45,011 nucleotides of DNA, taken from NCBI RefSeq assembly GCF_001194135.2, contig NC_068986.1, positions 17,035,585 to 17,080,595 of the forward strand, given 5' to 3'. The position numbers and the translations under genes are program-made. This document shows positions 10,796-23,826 of this stretch, in pieces. The notes beneath the pieces were generated by a model. That model ran no database searches, was not told the origin of the DNA, and saw only the letters and a program-made list of their open reading frames with translations. This DNA comes from Octopus bimaculoides. Lineage: Eukaryota. Numbering within the stretch: the stretch's first letter is position 1; every line of letters begins with the position of its first letter.

Positions 10796-11794
10796 AGCAG
10801 CAGCACCACCACCACTACCACTATGACTACAGCCACAAACAACAACAACAATGACAACTTAGATAAATATGGTCCAGTACTATCTATTTGAAGATGATGG
10901 TGGTGGAAGTTGTGCCCGTAGAGACGACGACGACTACGACTACGATGACGATGACGATGGCGACGACGATGCTTGTGATGACACATTTGGTAAGGAATGG
11001 CATAGTATTGCAAGTACTTGAGGCATTGAGAAGTCGCACAAGAAGTGGAGGAATGTGTGCGTGTTTGCCTGTGTTTGTTAGAAAGCTAAACTGTCATGTT
11101 CTCTAACAGCATTAAACCGTCAAGATAGATAAACAAACGAAAAAAGGGATCTGTCTATAACTGATTTCAATGAAATCGGATAGGTGAAGCGGTGGTCGGG
11201 AGAGTAGTGGTGGTGGTGGTGGTGGTGGTGGTGAGGGAGAAGGGAGACAACCTATCCAATCACACAATCTCTTCTTCTTCCGAAGTTTGTTCACTTGACT
11301 GGAAATAAAATAACTTGTTTTATAAACACGCTTCGTACGGCATATTTGTAAGCATGCTTGTATTTGTCTAGGTGTATCTGTAAGTGCATGTATGTATGTA
11401 TGTATGCATGTATGTATGTATGTATGTATATACATACAACTTTATATATATACATATATATACATCTCTATATATATAAATATATTTATATTTACATATA
11501 CATATACAGATATATATATATTCCCTAGCAATCTATCTCTTTCAACACCCAGTTTGATAAGCGAAGTGAACCTGGGTCCTTACTTCAATTATATTGAAAC
11601 AACAAGACCTTATTTTCTGCAAAAAAGTATAATATCTTTATTACCACGTCTCTAATATACTCTTAAATCGTGTAAAACAAATCTTCTGTGTATTTTATCA
11701 TGTTTTCTCTTTGTGCGTGTGTGTGTGAGTGTTTTCAAGAATCTCTGTGATCATGTGTGTATGAGTGTGTATGTATGTGTATGTTAGAGAGAGC

Positions 11795-11829
<35 letters not shown>

Positions 11830-12141
11830 TACGATATGAAGTGGTCGATGAGTGACATCTTTCGACCAAAATTTTTAAGTGTAGATGAAAGACTCCTACG
11901 TGTTTATAATATGTATACCTACCTACATGCATACACACACACATACATACATGTGTACGTTGATACGTATAAACACACGTACACACACACACACACACCT
12001 ATACTAGTGTGTGTGTATAAGTATGAAGGCGAAGAACAACACGCCCATCGCCGCCACACAAACCCCACGAATAATAACAAGAACAATATAAACATCTAAA
12101 GATAACATGAGAAGCCCAACCGTACTCTAATTTCTTCAAGT

Positions 12142-12172
<31 letters not shown>

Positions 12173-12881
12173 NNNNNNNNNNNNNNNNNNNNNNNNNNNN
12201 NNNNNNNNNNNNNNNNNNNNNNNNNNNNNNNNNNNNNNNNNNNNNNNNNNNNNNNNNNNNNNNNNNNNNNNNNNNNNNNNNNNNNNNNNNNNNNNNNNNN
12301 NNNNNNNNNNNNNNNNNNNNNNNNNNNNNNNNNNNNNNNNNNNNNNNNNNNNNNNNNNNNNNNNNNNNNNNNNNNNNNNNNNNNNNNNNNNNNNNNNNNN
12401 NNNNNNNNNNNNNNNNNNNNNNNNNNNNNNNNNNNNNNNNNNNNNNNNNNNNNNNNNNNNNNNNNNNNNNNNNNNNNNNNNNNNNNNNNNNNNNNNNNNN
12501 NNNNNNNNNNNNNNNNNNNNNNNNNNNNNNNNNNNNNNNNNNNNNNNNNNNNNNNNNNNNNNNNNNNNNNNNNNNNNNNNNNNNNNNNNNNNNNNNNNNN
12601 NNNNNNNNNNNNNNNNNNNNNNNNNNNNNNNNNNNNNNNNNNNNNNNNNNNNNNNNNNNNNNNNNNNNNNNNNNNNNNNNNNNNNNNNNNNNNNNNNNNN
12701 NNNNNNNNNNNNNNNNNNNNNNNNNNNNNNNNNNNNNNNNNNNNNNNNNNNNNNNNNNNNNNNNNNNNNNNNNNNNNNNNNNNNNNNNNNNNNNNNNNNN
12801 NNNNNNNNNNNNNNNNNNNNNNNNNNNNNNNNNNNNNNNNNNNNNNNNNNNNNNNNNNNNNNNNNNNNNNNNNNNNNNNNN

Positions 12882-12924
<43 letters not shown>

Positions 12925-12929
12925 TAGGC

Positions 12930-12968
<39 letters not shown>

Positions 12969-14142
12969 TAGATAGAGAGAGATAGAGAGAGAGAGACGTA
13001 CATTTATCTATCCTGTTTTTAACACGAGTGTTTGAAGAAGAGATTCTATCATATAAATTCCGCAGTATCATGACATCTGACGGTGTGTACAAATTAAGGA
13101 TAATACAAAGACGCTGAGTTTTATGTTATACCCTGTCAATGAGGTACAGCGGGCCTTTTAGCACATCAGAGTAGAAGTAAAGCGATACCCATGGCGATCA
13201 TGCGGAGTCTATGTACAAGAATCTATAGCTGATTGGTAGCTGCAGTCGGAGGCAGAAGCAATACTTTCAATCACATTAGGTTCTCTTCACACTGGAGATT
13301 TGGCATGGATTCTTATAACAGTGAAGAATCCATTAAAACCACACAAGGGTCTGCTGGTCATTTTAAAATAGAGCATGGATTAAAGCTGACAACCTTCCGT
13401 ACAATTTTCAAAGTGTTTAATTTCACACGATCCCAAGAGAGAACTTCTTCCTGGTCACATGATTTGTTACGCTTGAATCACATATTATAGTCTTAGAAAA
13501 GAACACTTTAGATTATGTGAATAATGGGGTTTGGAGTTATCTGCTCATAGAATTAACAAAGCGATGGTCACAGAGAGGACATCTTTGAATATAACCTCTC
13601 TTAAATCAGAGACAAAGAATTATTCGATTTCATTAAAAAAAAGTTTTAATTGATCCGAAGAAGCCACGTGGTAGGGTTGATCGCGGAAACTCATGTTTGA
13701 AAAAGGCATTGCTAAAGTACCTAACCATGTTTGTGCCTTAATAACTAAAAGAAGAATTTGACTGCACTGACGTGTTTTTTTTTGTCAGGTGTATGGGGCG
13801 TGAGAATCCAGTATTGGAAAATATTGATTTCTCACGTTGGCACACGACCACGCATGTTAGTGTGGGAGGGGCTCAATCAATTAAAATCGCATCCTCCTAC
13901 CAGCACCCACTTATGGACTAGTAATTATTTTAATGACCCTAAAGAAGATGAAAGACTAAGTTAATTAATCCCTGCGGCATTTAAATTTAGAGCTGGAAAA
14001 GGCGTAATAATTACTATATATCATGAGACATTTTATCGGGTGATCTACTTGTTCTGACATCCACTGACCTCACATTAATAATAACAACAACAATAACAAT
14101 AACAACAATAACAACAAAAACAATAATAATAATAATAATAAT

Positions 14143-14750
14143 CTTATGAGAAGAGCTACGAAAAGAACTGATGGGAAAATATGCCTGCTAAAGTAGTAGA
14201 GAATAAAGTTATCATCGTTCTTAGGGATATATTCACCCTGATCGTGCTATTCGGGCTAATAGACCAGATATTGTGATAAATAAAATCACGTTGTCAAAAC
14301 ACGTCTCCTCAAAGATATGTAAATCTCAGAAGACTTCAACACTTGTGCAAAATTATTTAAAAAAGTTAAGTAAATATAAGAACTTTGATACAGAGGTCTC
14401 ATAGATATGGCATCTAAGAATGACAAATGTACCTGTGACCATAAGAGCTTTAGGAACAATACAAAAATACGCTCATCAGCATTATAGCCAAATAGCAGGA
14501 GACACCAAACATGAGAACTGCAAAAATTGTTTTCATAGATATTGCTCTCATTCTAAGAAAAACATTGTCAGCTTGAAAACATCTGATTATCTTAAAACTC
14601 TATCAAAGCTGAAATAATACAAATTAAACAATATCTTAGTTCTCAGATACCAACCTCCTTCACGTGCATCACATTGTTGATAACCATAAATAACACCCAT
14701 ACTAAAACATCCAGCTTGCCGATGGACGTAAAATCTCGGGTGAAAATAAT
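14143..14750 (+). mobile_element. R4/Dong-clade LINE 3' fragment with restriction-like endonuclease domain and 3' UTR
   Basis: Frameshifted translation WENMPAKVVENKVIIVL..IHPDRAIRANRPDIVI (RPD at 14261-14269)...KKLSKYKNFDTEVS*IWHLRMTNVPVTIRALGTIQK, matching the RLE C-terminus RPD...KLSKY.DL..E...W......P..VGALG. Confidence 0.8.
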
Positions 14751-14760
14751 AATGATAACA

Positions 14761-14935
14761 ATCCTTTCTACTGTAGACAGAAGGCCTGAAATTTGAAGGG
14801 AGGGGCTAGTCGATTACATCGACCCCAGTGCTCAGCTGACACTTATTTTATCGACCCCGAAAGGATGAAAAGCAAAGTCGACCGCGGCAGAATTTGAACT
14901 CAGAATGTGCTAATGATTCTGTCAGCTCACCACCT
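14761..14935 (-). mobile_element. SINE family A copy (internally deleted head)
   Basis: ATCGACCCCGAAAGGATGAAAAGCAAAGTCGACCGCGGCAGAATTTGAACTCAGAA core. Confidence 0.88.
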
Positions 14936-14936
14936 A

Positions 14937-15165
<229 letters not shown>

Positions 15166-16513
15166 AAAGCCTCTATTAATAAAGCTTTCTTAATGAGGCC
15201 TAGATTCAAACAATCAGAAAAAACCTCTGTAGTGGCGAGAATCTCGTGGAAAATAACGTAGGTGAAGATAAGCGAATGCGTAGCCGAGGTAAAGTTGTAA
15301 TGGAGGAGAGGCCGGCCAATCAGTATAATGTAGAAAACCTTGAAATAAGAGAGGATATGACTGAGGAACAGAGAAACCTCAGGAAAAGACTTGGGATATA
15401 ATAATTACAAGAACAGAGACCAAACCGGTGAATCTAAGAAGCTTCGACCGTAACAATGTAAAACGCGCGACCCAAAAAGTTGATGAGATTCTGAAATACA
15501 TTATGACAAAAGATCTAACGGAAACAAGGGACACGATCAGATCCGCTTCAATTTTAGTAGGTGAACTGGTTGGAAAAAAAGAGAGGAAAACAGACGGACA
15601 GAAGGAGTCATGGTAGAAGCGGAGAATTGAAGGCGATATTCTAACTTTGCGTAAAGATCTGAGCCGTATAGAAAAGTGGTCCAAAGGGCAATGGAAAAAT
15701 GGAAAAGAAAGTGCAAAGGCACATCTTGACGCGAAATACCAAATAGATAAGAAAGGGTTCAAAATCGTCATAAAAGCCCTTAATCAACGTGTGCAGGCGA
15801 AAACATTAAAGGTGCAGCGCTACACTGATCGCATATCGCAGTTATTCTCAAAATAACCAGAGGTGAATTTTTAAGGGCTTAGGAGGAAATACAGGAAATA
15901 ATACACCTCCTGAAGCAGAAGAAATCCGCTAATTTTGGAATAACATCTGGAGGCAAGAAGTTTCGCACAACCACAGTGCTGAGTGAATTCGTTCCGTGAG
16001 ATCCCAACTACATCACCCGGAGTCTTCACAACAGGACCATGTGCGCATAACAACGGAAGATGTCCTTGTATAGGCATCAAAACTGCCAAACTAGAAAGCA
16101 GCAGGACCAAACGGAATTCAAAGCTACTAGCTCAAGTGGTTTAGGTCAATACGCAAGAGTATTGATTTGCAATTAGACAATTGCATACGGAACGGTGCAA
16201 TTCCGGATTGAATGGCAGAGGGAAGAACAACATTGTTAATGAAAGTACGGTCAATGGGCAATGAAGTTGACAATATCCGACCCATTGCTTGTTTTAACCT
16301 CCTATTGAAAGTATTTACAGGTATCCTCGTAGGGAAAATATATAATCGTTCCTTGCGGAAAACAATCTATTGCTAATAGAACATAAGGGGAGCCAAAAAA
16401 GGATCGAAGGGCACGAAGGACCACCTTGTGAAAGACAAGGTTATAATGAAGAACTGTAAACGGAACCAAAAGAACTTGTACATGACCTGGGTAGACTTTA
16501 AAAAGGCTTACGA
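15166..16513 (+). mobile_element. R4/Dong-clade LINE internal fragment (pre-RT region to RT domain 3), decayed
   Basis: QKESW*KRRIEGDILTLRKDLSRIEKW...KQRVQAKTLKVQRY-like segment, then AAGPNGIQSY*LK...PD*MAEGRTTLLMK...NIRPIACFNLLLKVFTGIL...KKGSKGTKDHLVKDKVIMKNCKRNQKNLYMTWVDFKKAYE; typical R4/Dong RT motifs, with stops and frameshifts. Confidence 0.9.
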
Positions 16514-16636
16514 GGTCGACTTTGCCTTTCATCCTTTCGAGTTCGATAAATTAAGTACCAGTTGCGTATTGAGGTCAATTTAATCGACATGCCACCTCCC
16601 CCAAATTTCGGGCATTGTGCCTAGAGTAGAATAGAA
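16511..16636 (+). mobile_element. SINE family A, 5'-truncated, fused to the LINE at a CGA microhomology
   Basis: ...AAGGCTTACGA|GGTCGACTTTGCCTTTCATCCTTTCGAG...TTGTGCCTAGAGTAGAATAGAA. Confidence 0.9.
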
Positions 16637-16689
16637 TATATACTTGTTGACTTGACTCCATAGTGTACCCATTTCTCTCTTTACTTTTC

Positions 16690-17060
16690 ATTTGGTGTTG
16701 GCGAAGTGGCCAAATCAGTCAACTTCGACAAAGACTCTCTGAATTGAACATATTTATCTGTTTTCATCTCTCCACCTAATTGTGATCCTGTCAGAATCAT
16801 TGTTGATGTGGAAATTACCAGTCTTTGCAAATATCTTCCTCGTCCTGATGCCCAAGTTATAGATTTCTTCAAATTTCCATTCTGGTATCTCAAACGCTGG
16901 TACTTGCACTGGCACCATGAAGATATTGTGGGACACAAATTTATCGTATGTAGTCAGCTCTGGCTTCCATACCTTCAGTATCATCATTCTTGTCAATGTT
17001 GAGGTATTGCTATCATTCGTTATTGGTGACAATTTTAGATAGACAGGCCGTTGGTATGCA
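16690..17060 (-). mobile_element. R4/Dong-clade LINE fragment (post-RT/thumb region)
   Basis: KVWKPELTTYDK..HNIFMVPVQVPAFEIPEWKFEEIYNLGIRTRKIFAKTGNFHINNDSDRI resembles KIWKSEL..YNK..HN.FAVPVL.PTFGILDW..EEI..IDIRTRKIL..TGNFH.NSD.DRLY. Confidence 0.75.
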
Positions 17061-17369
17061 TGCACATAGGTATATAAAAAAAGAATGCATATATGTGTGT
17101 ATGTATGAATGTATATATGAAAATACTGATATGTGTATGGTTACGGCTTTGAATAATTTCTAATTAGTTGCAGAGCACAATCGGTAAATAAATGACTGAG
17201 AAGATGAATAAAGATGCGTCTTGCGAGAGTTGTGTATGTCTAATTACAACAACAACAACAACAAAGCACACGCATAGTTATATATATACACACATGCATT
17301 TGTGTATAAACGTATACGTACATACATATATATACATATACATACATATATATATATATATACTTATAC

Positions 17370-17400
<31 letters not shown>

Positions 17401-17974
17401 GTATATGTTCTTATATATATATTAGTATATATATATAAGTACATATATATATANNNNNNNNNNNNNNNNNNNNNNNNNNNNNNNNNNNNNNNNNNNNNNN
17501 NNNNNNNNNNNNNNNNNNNNNNNNNNNNNNNNNNNNNNNNNNNNNNNNNNNNNNNNNNNNNNNNNNNNNNNNNNNNNNNNNNNNNNNNNNNNNNNNNNNN
17601 NNNNNNNNNNNNNNNNNNNNNNNNNNNNNNNNNNNNNNNNNNNNNNNNNNNNNNNNNNNNNNNNNNNNNNNNNNNNNNNNNNNNNNNNNNNNNNNNNNNN
17701 NNNNNNNNNNNNNNNNNNNNNNNNNNNNNNNNNNNNNNNNNNNNNNNNNNNNNNNNNNNNNNNNNNNNNNNNNNNNNNNNNNNNNNNNNNNNNNNNNNNN
17801 NNNNNNNNNNNNNATATATATATATATATATATATATATAGACTTATATGTATACTGAAGTATATATATACTTATATATATATAGCGTGTTTGTGTGTGT
17901 ATATGTGTGTATATATATGTTTATATGCATATAATATACACATTGTCAGGAACATATTTGTATATAGATATATG

Positions 17975-18009
<35 letters not shown>

Positions 18010-18618
18010 CATATCAGCACGCAAACTAACCATTTAATTATAATTAGATATATATCTAATCATAGAAAATATTCATGTCACGCCATCTATTTCTCAAATT
18101 GGAATTCATTTAATAAATCGAAAATTAATATATTAAAAACGCAATTATAACGCGCTCTGATTTAAGTCATTATTGATTATTTGAAAAAAAAATCACCAGT
18201 TTATAAATCAAGGACAGTTGATAGCTAAATTATTGATGCCTTGCGGTGTTTATTTTAGTCTCTTTTCGCTCAGAGTTAAATTGCCGTTCGTTTAAATCTT
18301 GCGTCTCTACAATTTAGGGTGTCGATAAATACAAAGATTTACCAGTTATATAATGGTGTCGATTTAATCAACTGTTTCAATATTACTTTATTTGTGCTGT
18401 GATGCCGGAGACGAAAAATAAAAAGCAGAAAGCGAAAATATATTAAATACTAGGCTGTGATTTGAACCGTTATCGTAAAAGGAGTAGTTAAAAACCGTGT
18501 CTTCAAGAAAATAGGAGAAGAAATTGAGTTGAGATATTTACCGTTGCTTAGTTACAAGTCAACCCAGAGTTAGCCGAGCAGTGATGTCACCTGTAATCAC
18601 TTTATCTTTCGGATAATT

Positions 18619-18917
18619 GGAACTCCGTCTGTTTCGATGACGAGCGTTCCTGTCGATGCGATCAACGGAACAGCCTACTCGTGAAATTGACGTGAAGATG
18701 GCTGAGCTCTCCATAGACATGCGTACACTTAATGCAGTTCCTAAGGGAGATCTAACGTGACAAAACTGGCCCTTTGGTATTACAAGTACAACTCACTTTT
18801 GCCAGCTGAGTGGAACGAAAAAAAAATAGTAATAATAAATATAGGATATGATGCAAAGAATTGAACTCCCGACCTTACAATCACGAGCCAAGTACCCTAA
18901 CCACTAAATCACACACC
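18619..18917 (-). mobile_element. tRNA-derived SINE, family D, 3' tail type 2
   Basis: Minus-strand head GGTGTGTGATTTAGTGGTTAGGG...GAGTTCAATTC, body CCACTCAGCTGGCAAAA, tail AAAGGGCCAG...CTCAGCCATCTTCACGTCAATTTCACGAGTAGGCTGTTCCGTTGATCG. Confidence 0.75.
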
Positions 18918-19434
18918 TTTTTATGCATTTTATCTAGCTATATATTTGAGTGGTATTTAGCAGTTATTTCTAGTAAGTTGATTCACTGCGTGACTATGTT
19001 TTTGCTCTTACTGATCACCTCTTAACGTTCTCGACTGAGACCCCAAGGGGATATTTGTATAATGTGAAGTTATTTAGGGCATTCTTTTCTCTCACGAACT
19101 CAGCCTTTCAGAGAAATCCCTATTATTTTGAAGAGATTTGCTGCTTTTGCTATTTCCTGCTGTGATCCTTGGGTTTTGATGCTGAGAGGGAAAACAATGA
19201 ATCTGATAAGATTCCATTTAATGTGAGAAATCACACTAAATAAAACAAAACAAAATGAAATATAATAAAATAAAAATGTAGTTTATAAAAATCTGGTTTT
19301 CAAGTTAATGTCAGAAAGTCGTAGAATTATAAGTGTGGTAAGAGTAGGGCGTTGATTCGAGTTGTTGGTGTAGGGTAAGCAGACAGTTGTTGCAGAGAAA
19401 CTCTGAAAGCAGGTTAAGTACTAATACAGAATTG

Positions 19435-19535
19435 CGAGAAAGTCGGGAGAATGCCTGGCAGTATTTATTCCAGCTCTTTACGTTCTAAGTTCAAATTCCG
19501 CAGAAGTCAGCTTTGACTTTCATCACCCCCCCCCA
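19435..19535 (+). mobile_element. SINE family A, decayed 5' fragment
   Basis: CTTTACGTTCTAAGTTCAAATTCCGCAGAAGTCAGCTTTGACTTTCATC. Confidence 0.75.
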
Positions 19536-19619
19536 CCCGGGATATTTGACTCTAGCTGTGAGTACAACACAAGCAGCCGACTATGGGTGAGTAACACTGA
19601 AAGCAGAACAGTGACTCAC

Positions 19620-20190
19620 TAAAGTGGTGAGCAGGCAGAGACGTTAGCACGCCGGACGAAATGCTTAGCGGTATTTCGTCTGTCTTTACGTTCTGAGTTC
19701 AAATTCCGCCAAGGTCGACTTTGCGTTTCATCCTTACGGGATCGATAAATTAAGTACCAGTTGCGTTCTGGGGTCGATCTAATCGACTGGCCCCCTCCCC
19801 AAAAATTTCGGGCCTTGTGCCTCGAGTAGAAAAGAAAAGTTAGCACGCCTGATGAAATGCTTAGCGGTATTTCGTTTGTCTTTACGTTCCGAGTTAAAAT
19901 TCCGCTGAGGTCGACTTTGCCATCGGGGTCGATAAATTAAGTACTAGTTGCGTACTAGGATCGATCTAATCGACTGGACCCCTAAATTTCGGGCCTTGTG
20001 CCTAAAGTAGGAAAGAAGTGCTAGAGCGTTGGAGAAACACTTTGCCGTATGTGTTCCGTTACTTCAGGCGCTGAGTTCAAATCCCACGGATGTTAAATTT
20101 GCAGTTCATTCCTCCGAGGTGGATAATGATATAAAAAAAGGTACCAGTCAAGTATTGGTTTTGCTTTAATAGAATAACACTTTCCTTAAA
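19620..20190 (+). mobile_element. Head-to-tail array of three SINE family A copies (third decayed)
   Basis: Full-head copy from about 19620, headless copy from about 19836 (junction GAGTAGAAAAGAAAAGTTAGC), third from about 20015. Confidence 0.88.
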
Positions 20191-20700
20191 ATTACAGAGT
20201 AGAAACGTGGAGCGCTCAGCTTTCTGAAAGGTTAAATGCGGCCTTCAGAAAAAACGAACGAAGTTTGAAACGCAGAAAAAAAAGAAAAAAAAAAATTAAA
20301 AAATCAATATATTCTTGATTTAATTTTATTTAAATACTACTTCTTCTATTAATTGTGAATTTTAGGAACACTTATTTATATTTCATTATCTATCTTTCTA
20401 ATTACTTGTTTAAATTAATTACAGACGTAGTTAGAATGTAAAAATTCAAAGATAATTTTGAAAAACCAAAGTAAAAAAACAAAACAACAAAAAACAAAAG
20501 CAAAGGAAAAACAAAAGAAAATAAAAGCAAAATAGATTTATGATTGGATGATAATTTCAAAACTCCGCCCAGTTTTACATTTTGGAACAGTTTTTATGAA
20601 TCCAGAATAATTATATTTTATAACTGCAGGTTTAACACAAGATTACATTTTGAAATGTAACCTTTTCATATTGGATTTGAAATCATGTAGTCTTTCATAC

Positions 20701-21052
20701 GTGGAGGCGCAATGGCCCAGTGGTAGGACAGCGGACTCGCTGTCGTAGGATCGCTGTTTCGATTCCCACACGGGGTGCTGTGAGTGTTTATTGAGCGAAA
20801 ATACTTGAGGCTCCGGCAGGGATTGGTGGTGAATCTTGTTGTGCTATTTTACTGCAACTTTCTCTCATTTTTTCTTCCTGTTTCTGTTGTACATGCATTT
20901 TAATGGGCCAGTCTTGTCAAACATTATACCACGCTGAATCTCCCCGAGAACTACCTTAAGGGTACACATGTCTGTGGAATGCTCAGCCACTTGCACGTTA
21001 ATGTTGATCGAATCAACTGGAACCCTCGTCGTCGTAACCGACGAAGTGTCAC
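20701..21052 (+). mobile_element. tRNA-derived SINE, family C, 3' tail type 2
   Basis: GTGGAGGCGCAATGGCCCAGTGG...TTTCGATTCCC head; tail CTCAGCCACTTGCACGTTAAT...AACTGGAACCCTCGTCGTCGTAACCGACG shared with 18619-18780. Confidence 0.85.
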
Positions 21053-21261
21053 TCTTTCTTGCAGGGAACGGGCAAAGTTATTGGGACGAAGTATTCGCTC
21101 CGATTGTCTGCATTCCCAGTTCAAATTCCGCCAGGTAAACTTTACCATTTATTCTTTCATCATCACCATTACCAGTATTACCATTACCATCATAATCATC
21201 ATATGGACATTAGGGTCCCGAGTTTTTTAGGACCGGAAACACAGTTTTCATGATGTATATG

Positions 21262-21435
21262 TGACTGAGATCACAGCAATCCTCCCAGATGGGACGCCAG
21301 TCTGTCACGGGATTGCTTATTTCACAGCTGAGTAGAATAGAAATATTTTACGCAAGAACACAGTGCACCACCCGGACAGAGAATCGAAACCACGAAGTAG
21401 CGATCTTCATTGCAATGCCCTAATCATTAAGCCAG
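21262..21435 (-). mobile_element. Decayed SINE, family D-like body with tail type 1
   Basis: Minus strand GGCTTAATGATTAGGGCA...TTTCGATTC...CTACTCAGCTG...GACAGACTGGCGTCCC. Confidence 0.55.
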
Positions 21436-21837
21436 AGATTTATTCTTTCGGAGCCGATTAAAAAGGAGCAATTCGTGGTTGTTGAATGATGGAAGTGTTA
21501 GGACATCAGATCTAATGACTTGCTGTATTTGTTCTGGGTCTTAGCGTCCTCAGTTCAAATCCTCTGATGGCTTGCTTGGGTGGTAAAATTAACACGTCAT
21601 CCGGATTAAAGTCGCCATTGTTTAATCAGAAGATTACAGCGAAAGGTTCTAAAAAGTACAGTCAAAATATGTTTAACATCGATGAAGTTCCGCAGTTATT
21701 AAGATCCACATACTCAATGCCATCTACGTCTGCGTCAATGCGTACGCACATACCTTCATACACTCAAACGTGTGCGAATGCTTACATACATACATACACA
21801 CATACATACATACATACATACATACATACATACATAC

Positions 21838-22327
21838 ATGTCTAGATATGCAATTATAAGCATGAGAAGACCTACATAAAACAAAGCATGCAAATCTGCA
21901 CGTATAAGTACATGCATACAAAAATACCCTGTTAACATTCCAATGAAGGAGTCTAGGATGTAGGTTAGAGACCGGCTCTTTATTGCCAAGAAATCTTAAA
22001 ACAAAAGTGAATAATGACATACATCCATATATGCATACATATAAGTACATAATACATACATAAACATGCACATACATGCATACATACATGCATAAATACA
22101 TACATGCATACATGCATGCATACCTACATACATACATAAATGCATACATGCATACATGCATACATACATACATACATACATACATACATACATGCAAGCA
22201 TACATACATACACATACAAAAATAACCCAGTTGTTGATATGGAAATTCCAATGAAGGAACCTTGGATCAAGGCTAGAAACTGACTCTTCTCTATTGGCAA
22301 CAAATCATGGAATAATACTGAATAATG

Positions 22328-22408
<81 letters not shown>

Positions 22409-22775
22409 TACATACAGGTATATATATATACAAAAATACCCTGTTGTTGATGTTGAAATTCCAATGAAGGAACCTTGGATCTAGATTAGGAAAACGGCTC
22501 TTTCTCTATTGCCAAAGAATCTTCAAATAAAAGTGAATAATGACACATATACATACATACATACATACATACATACATACATACATGCATAATACATGCA
22601 TGCGTACATACATACATACGTACGTATATCCATACATATATATATGCACACATACATACAAACACGACTACGGTGTTTGATGTTGTCAATATTCCAATGA
22701 CAGACTATTGTTTCTGGGCTAGATCCGGTAGTCTCTCCATTGGGGAAAAATTCGAAATATAAAACCAAGACTGTA
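21838..22775 (+). repeat. Array of four diverged units of about 110 bp separated by (TACA)n/(CA)n tracts
   Basis: ATTCCAATGA anchor (CCAATG at 21940, 22248, 22461, 22694), each followed by a GG..CC/GAAAC(CGG)-type segment and ATTG(G/C); a further copy lies inverted at 35539-35730. Confidence 0.85.
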
Positions 22776-22777
22776 CA

Positions 22778-22817
<40 letters not shown>

Positions 22818-23311
22818 CGCACGCGCCCACACACACACATACACATACACAATTGATATACGTACACGTAAATGTCTGCATGCATGCGCAGGTGTGTGTG
22901 AGCAATAGATCGATTGAGAGTACTACGTATTTACATGAATATGTGTACGTGTATCTGTGAATGCATATACATACACACACGCACACGTATTCAGAAACAC
23001 ACACATACACACAATTGGCATACGTACACAAACATACTTATGTATATGTGTGCGTGCGGGTGAGCGTGTGCGTGCGTGGTCGATAGGCATTTCTTCGTAC
23101 GTTAATATGATTTTAATGTGTATGTGCATATATAAGAGTATGTGCTCATGTGTGCATGCGCGCGTGCATAGACACACACACATACACAGAAACACAAAGA
23201 AACGCACACACAAACACACACATAGTCATATACTAATGCATATAAATTGAAGTGCATTCATGCATACAGTCGTTGAGGTGTACTAAACAAGGATAAGCTG
23301 GCTTTTATAGG

Positions 23312-23589
23312 TCATATGTACACATTTACATATCTTTTGTCAACACGTACGGCCATTGAAACACCTAACCGCTCAACCCATATATGGCTCCATATCAAAA
23401 TACTGACACATATACAAATACGATATAATAAATACACGCACGCACAAACACACATAAACATACATGCACGCACGCACACACAAGCAAGTATGTATTATAT
23501 TGCATGTTTCTTGAATGTATGTTGAATATGTTGGGGTTTCAATGTCTGTACCTGTTAACAATAGATTATATGCAAATGTGTTTATATGA
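23312..23589. mobile_element. Degenerate MITE-like element with inverted arms of about 58 bp
   Basis: 23312-23369 aligns at about 80% with the reverse complement of 23530-23589 (CATAT..ACACATTT.CATAT...TTGT.AACA.GTAC.G.CATTGAAAC.CC). Confidence 0.5.
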
Positions 23590-23793
23590 GGCACATATGT
23601 GTCAGATGATCCCTATTTCCTACACCTGACCTCTTATATATATATGTGTATATATTTGTATATATATATATATATATGTAGATAGATAGATACATAAATA
23701 GATATACGTACATACATACATATATATGTATATATATATGTATATGTGTGTATGTATGTATGTATGTATATATATATACACACACATATACGC

Positions 23794-23826
<33 letters not shown>

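Noticed and set aside
13100-13600. Possible decayed CR1/L2 fragment on the minus strand
   Set aside because: Only faint motif echoes (VLSVTI, KPHY) across broken frames; not supportable without a profile search.
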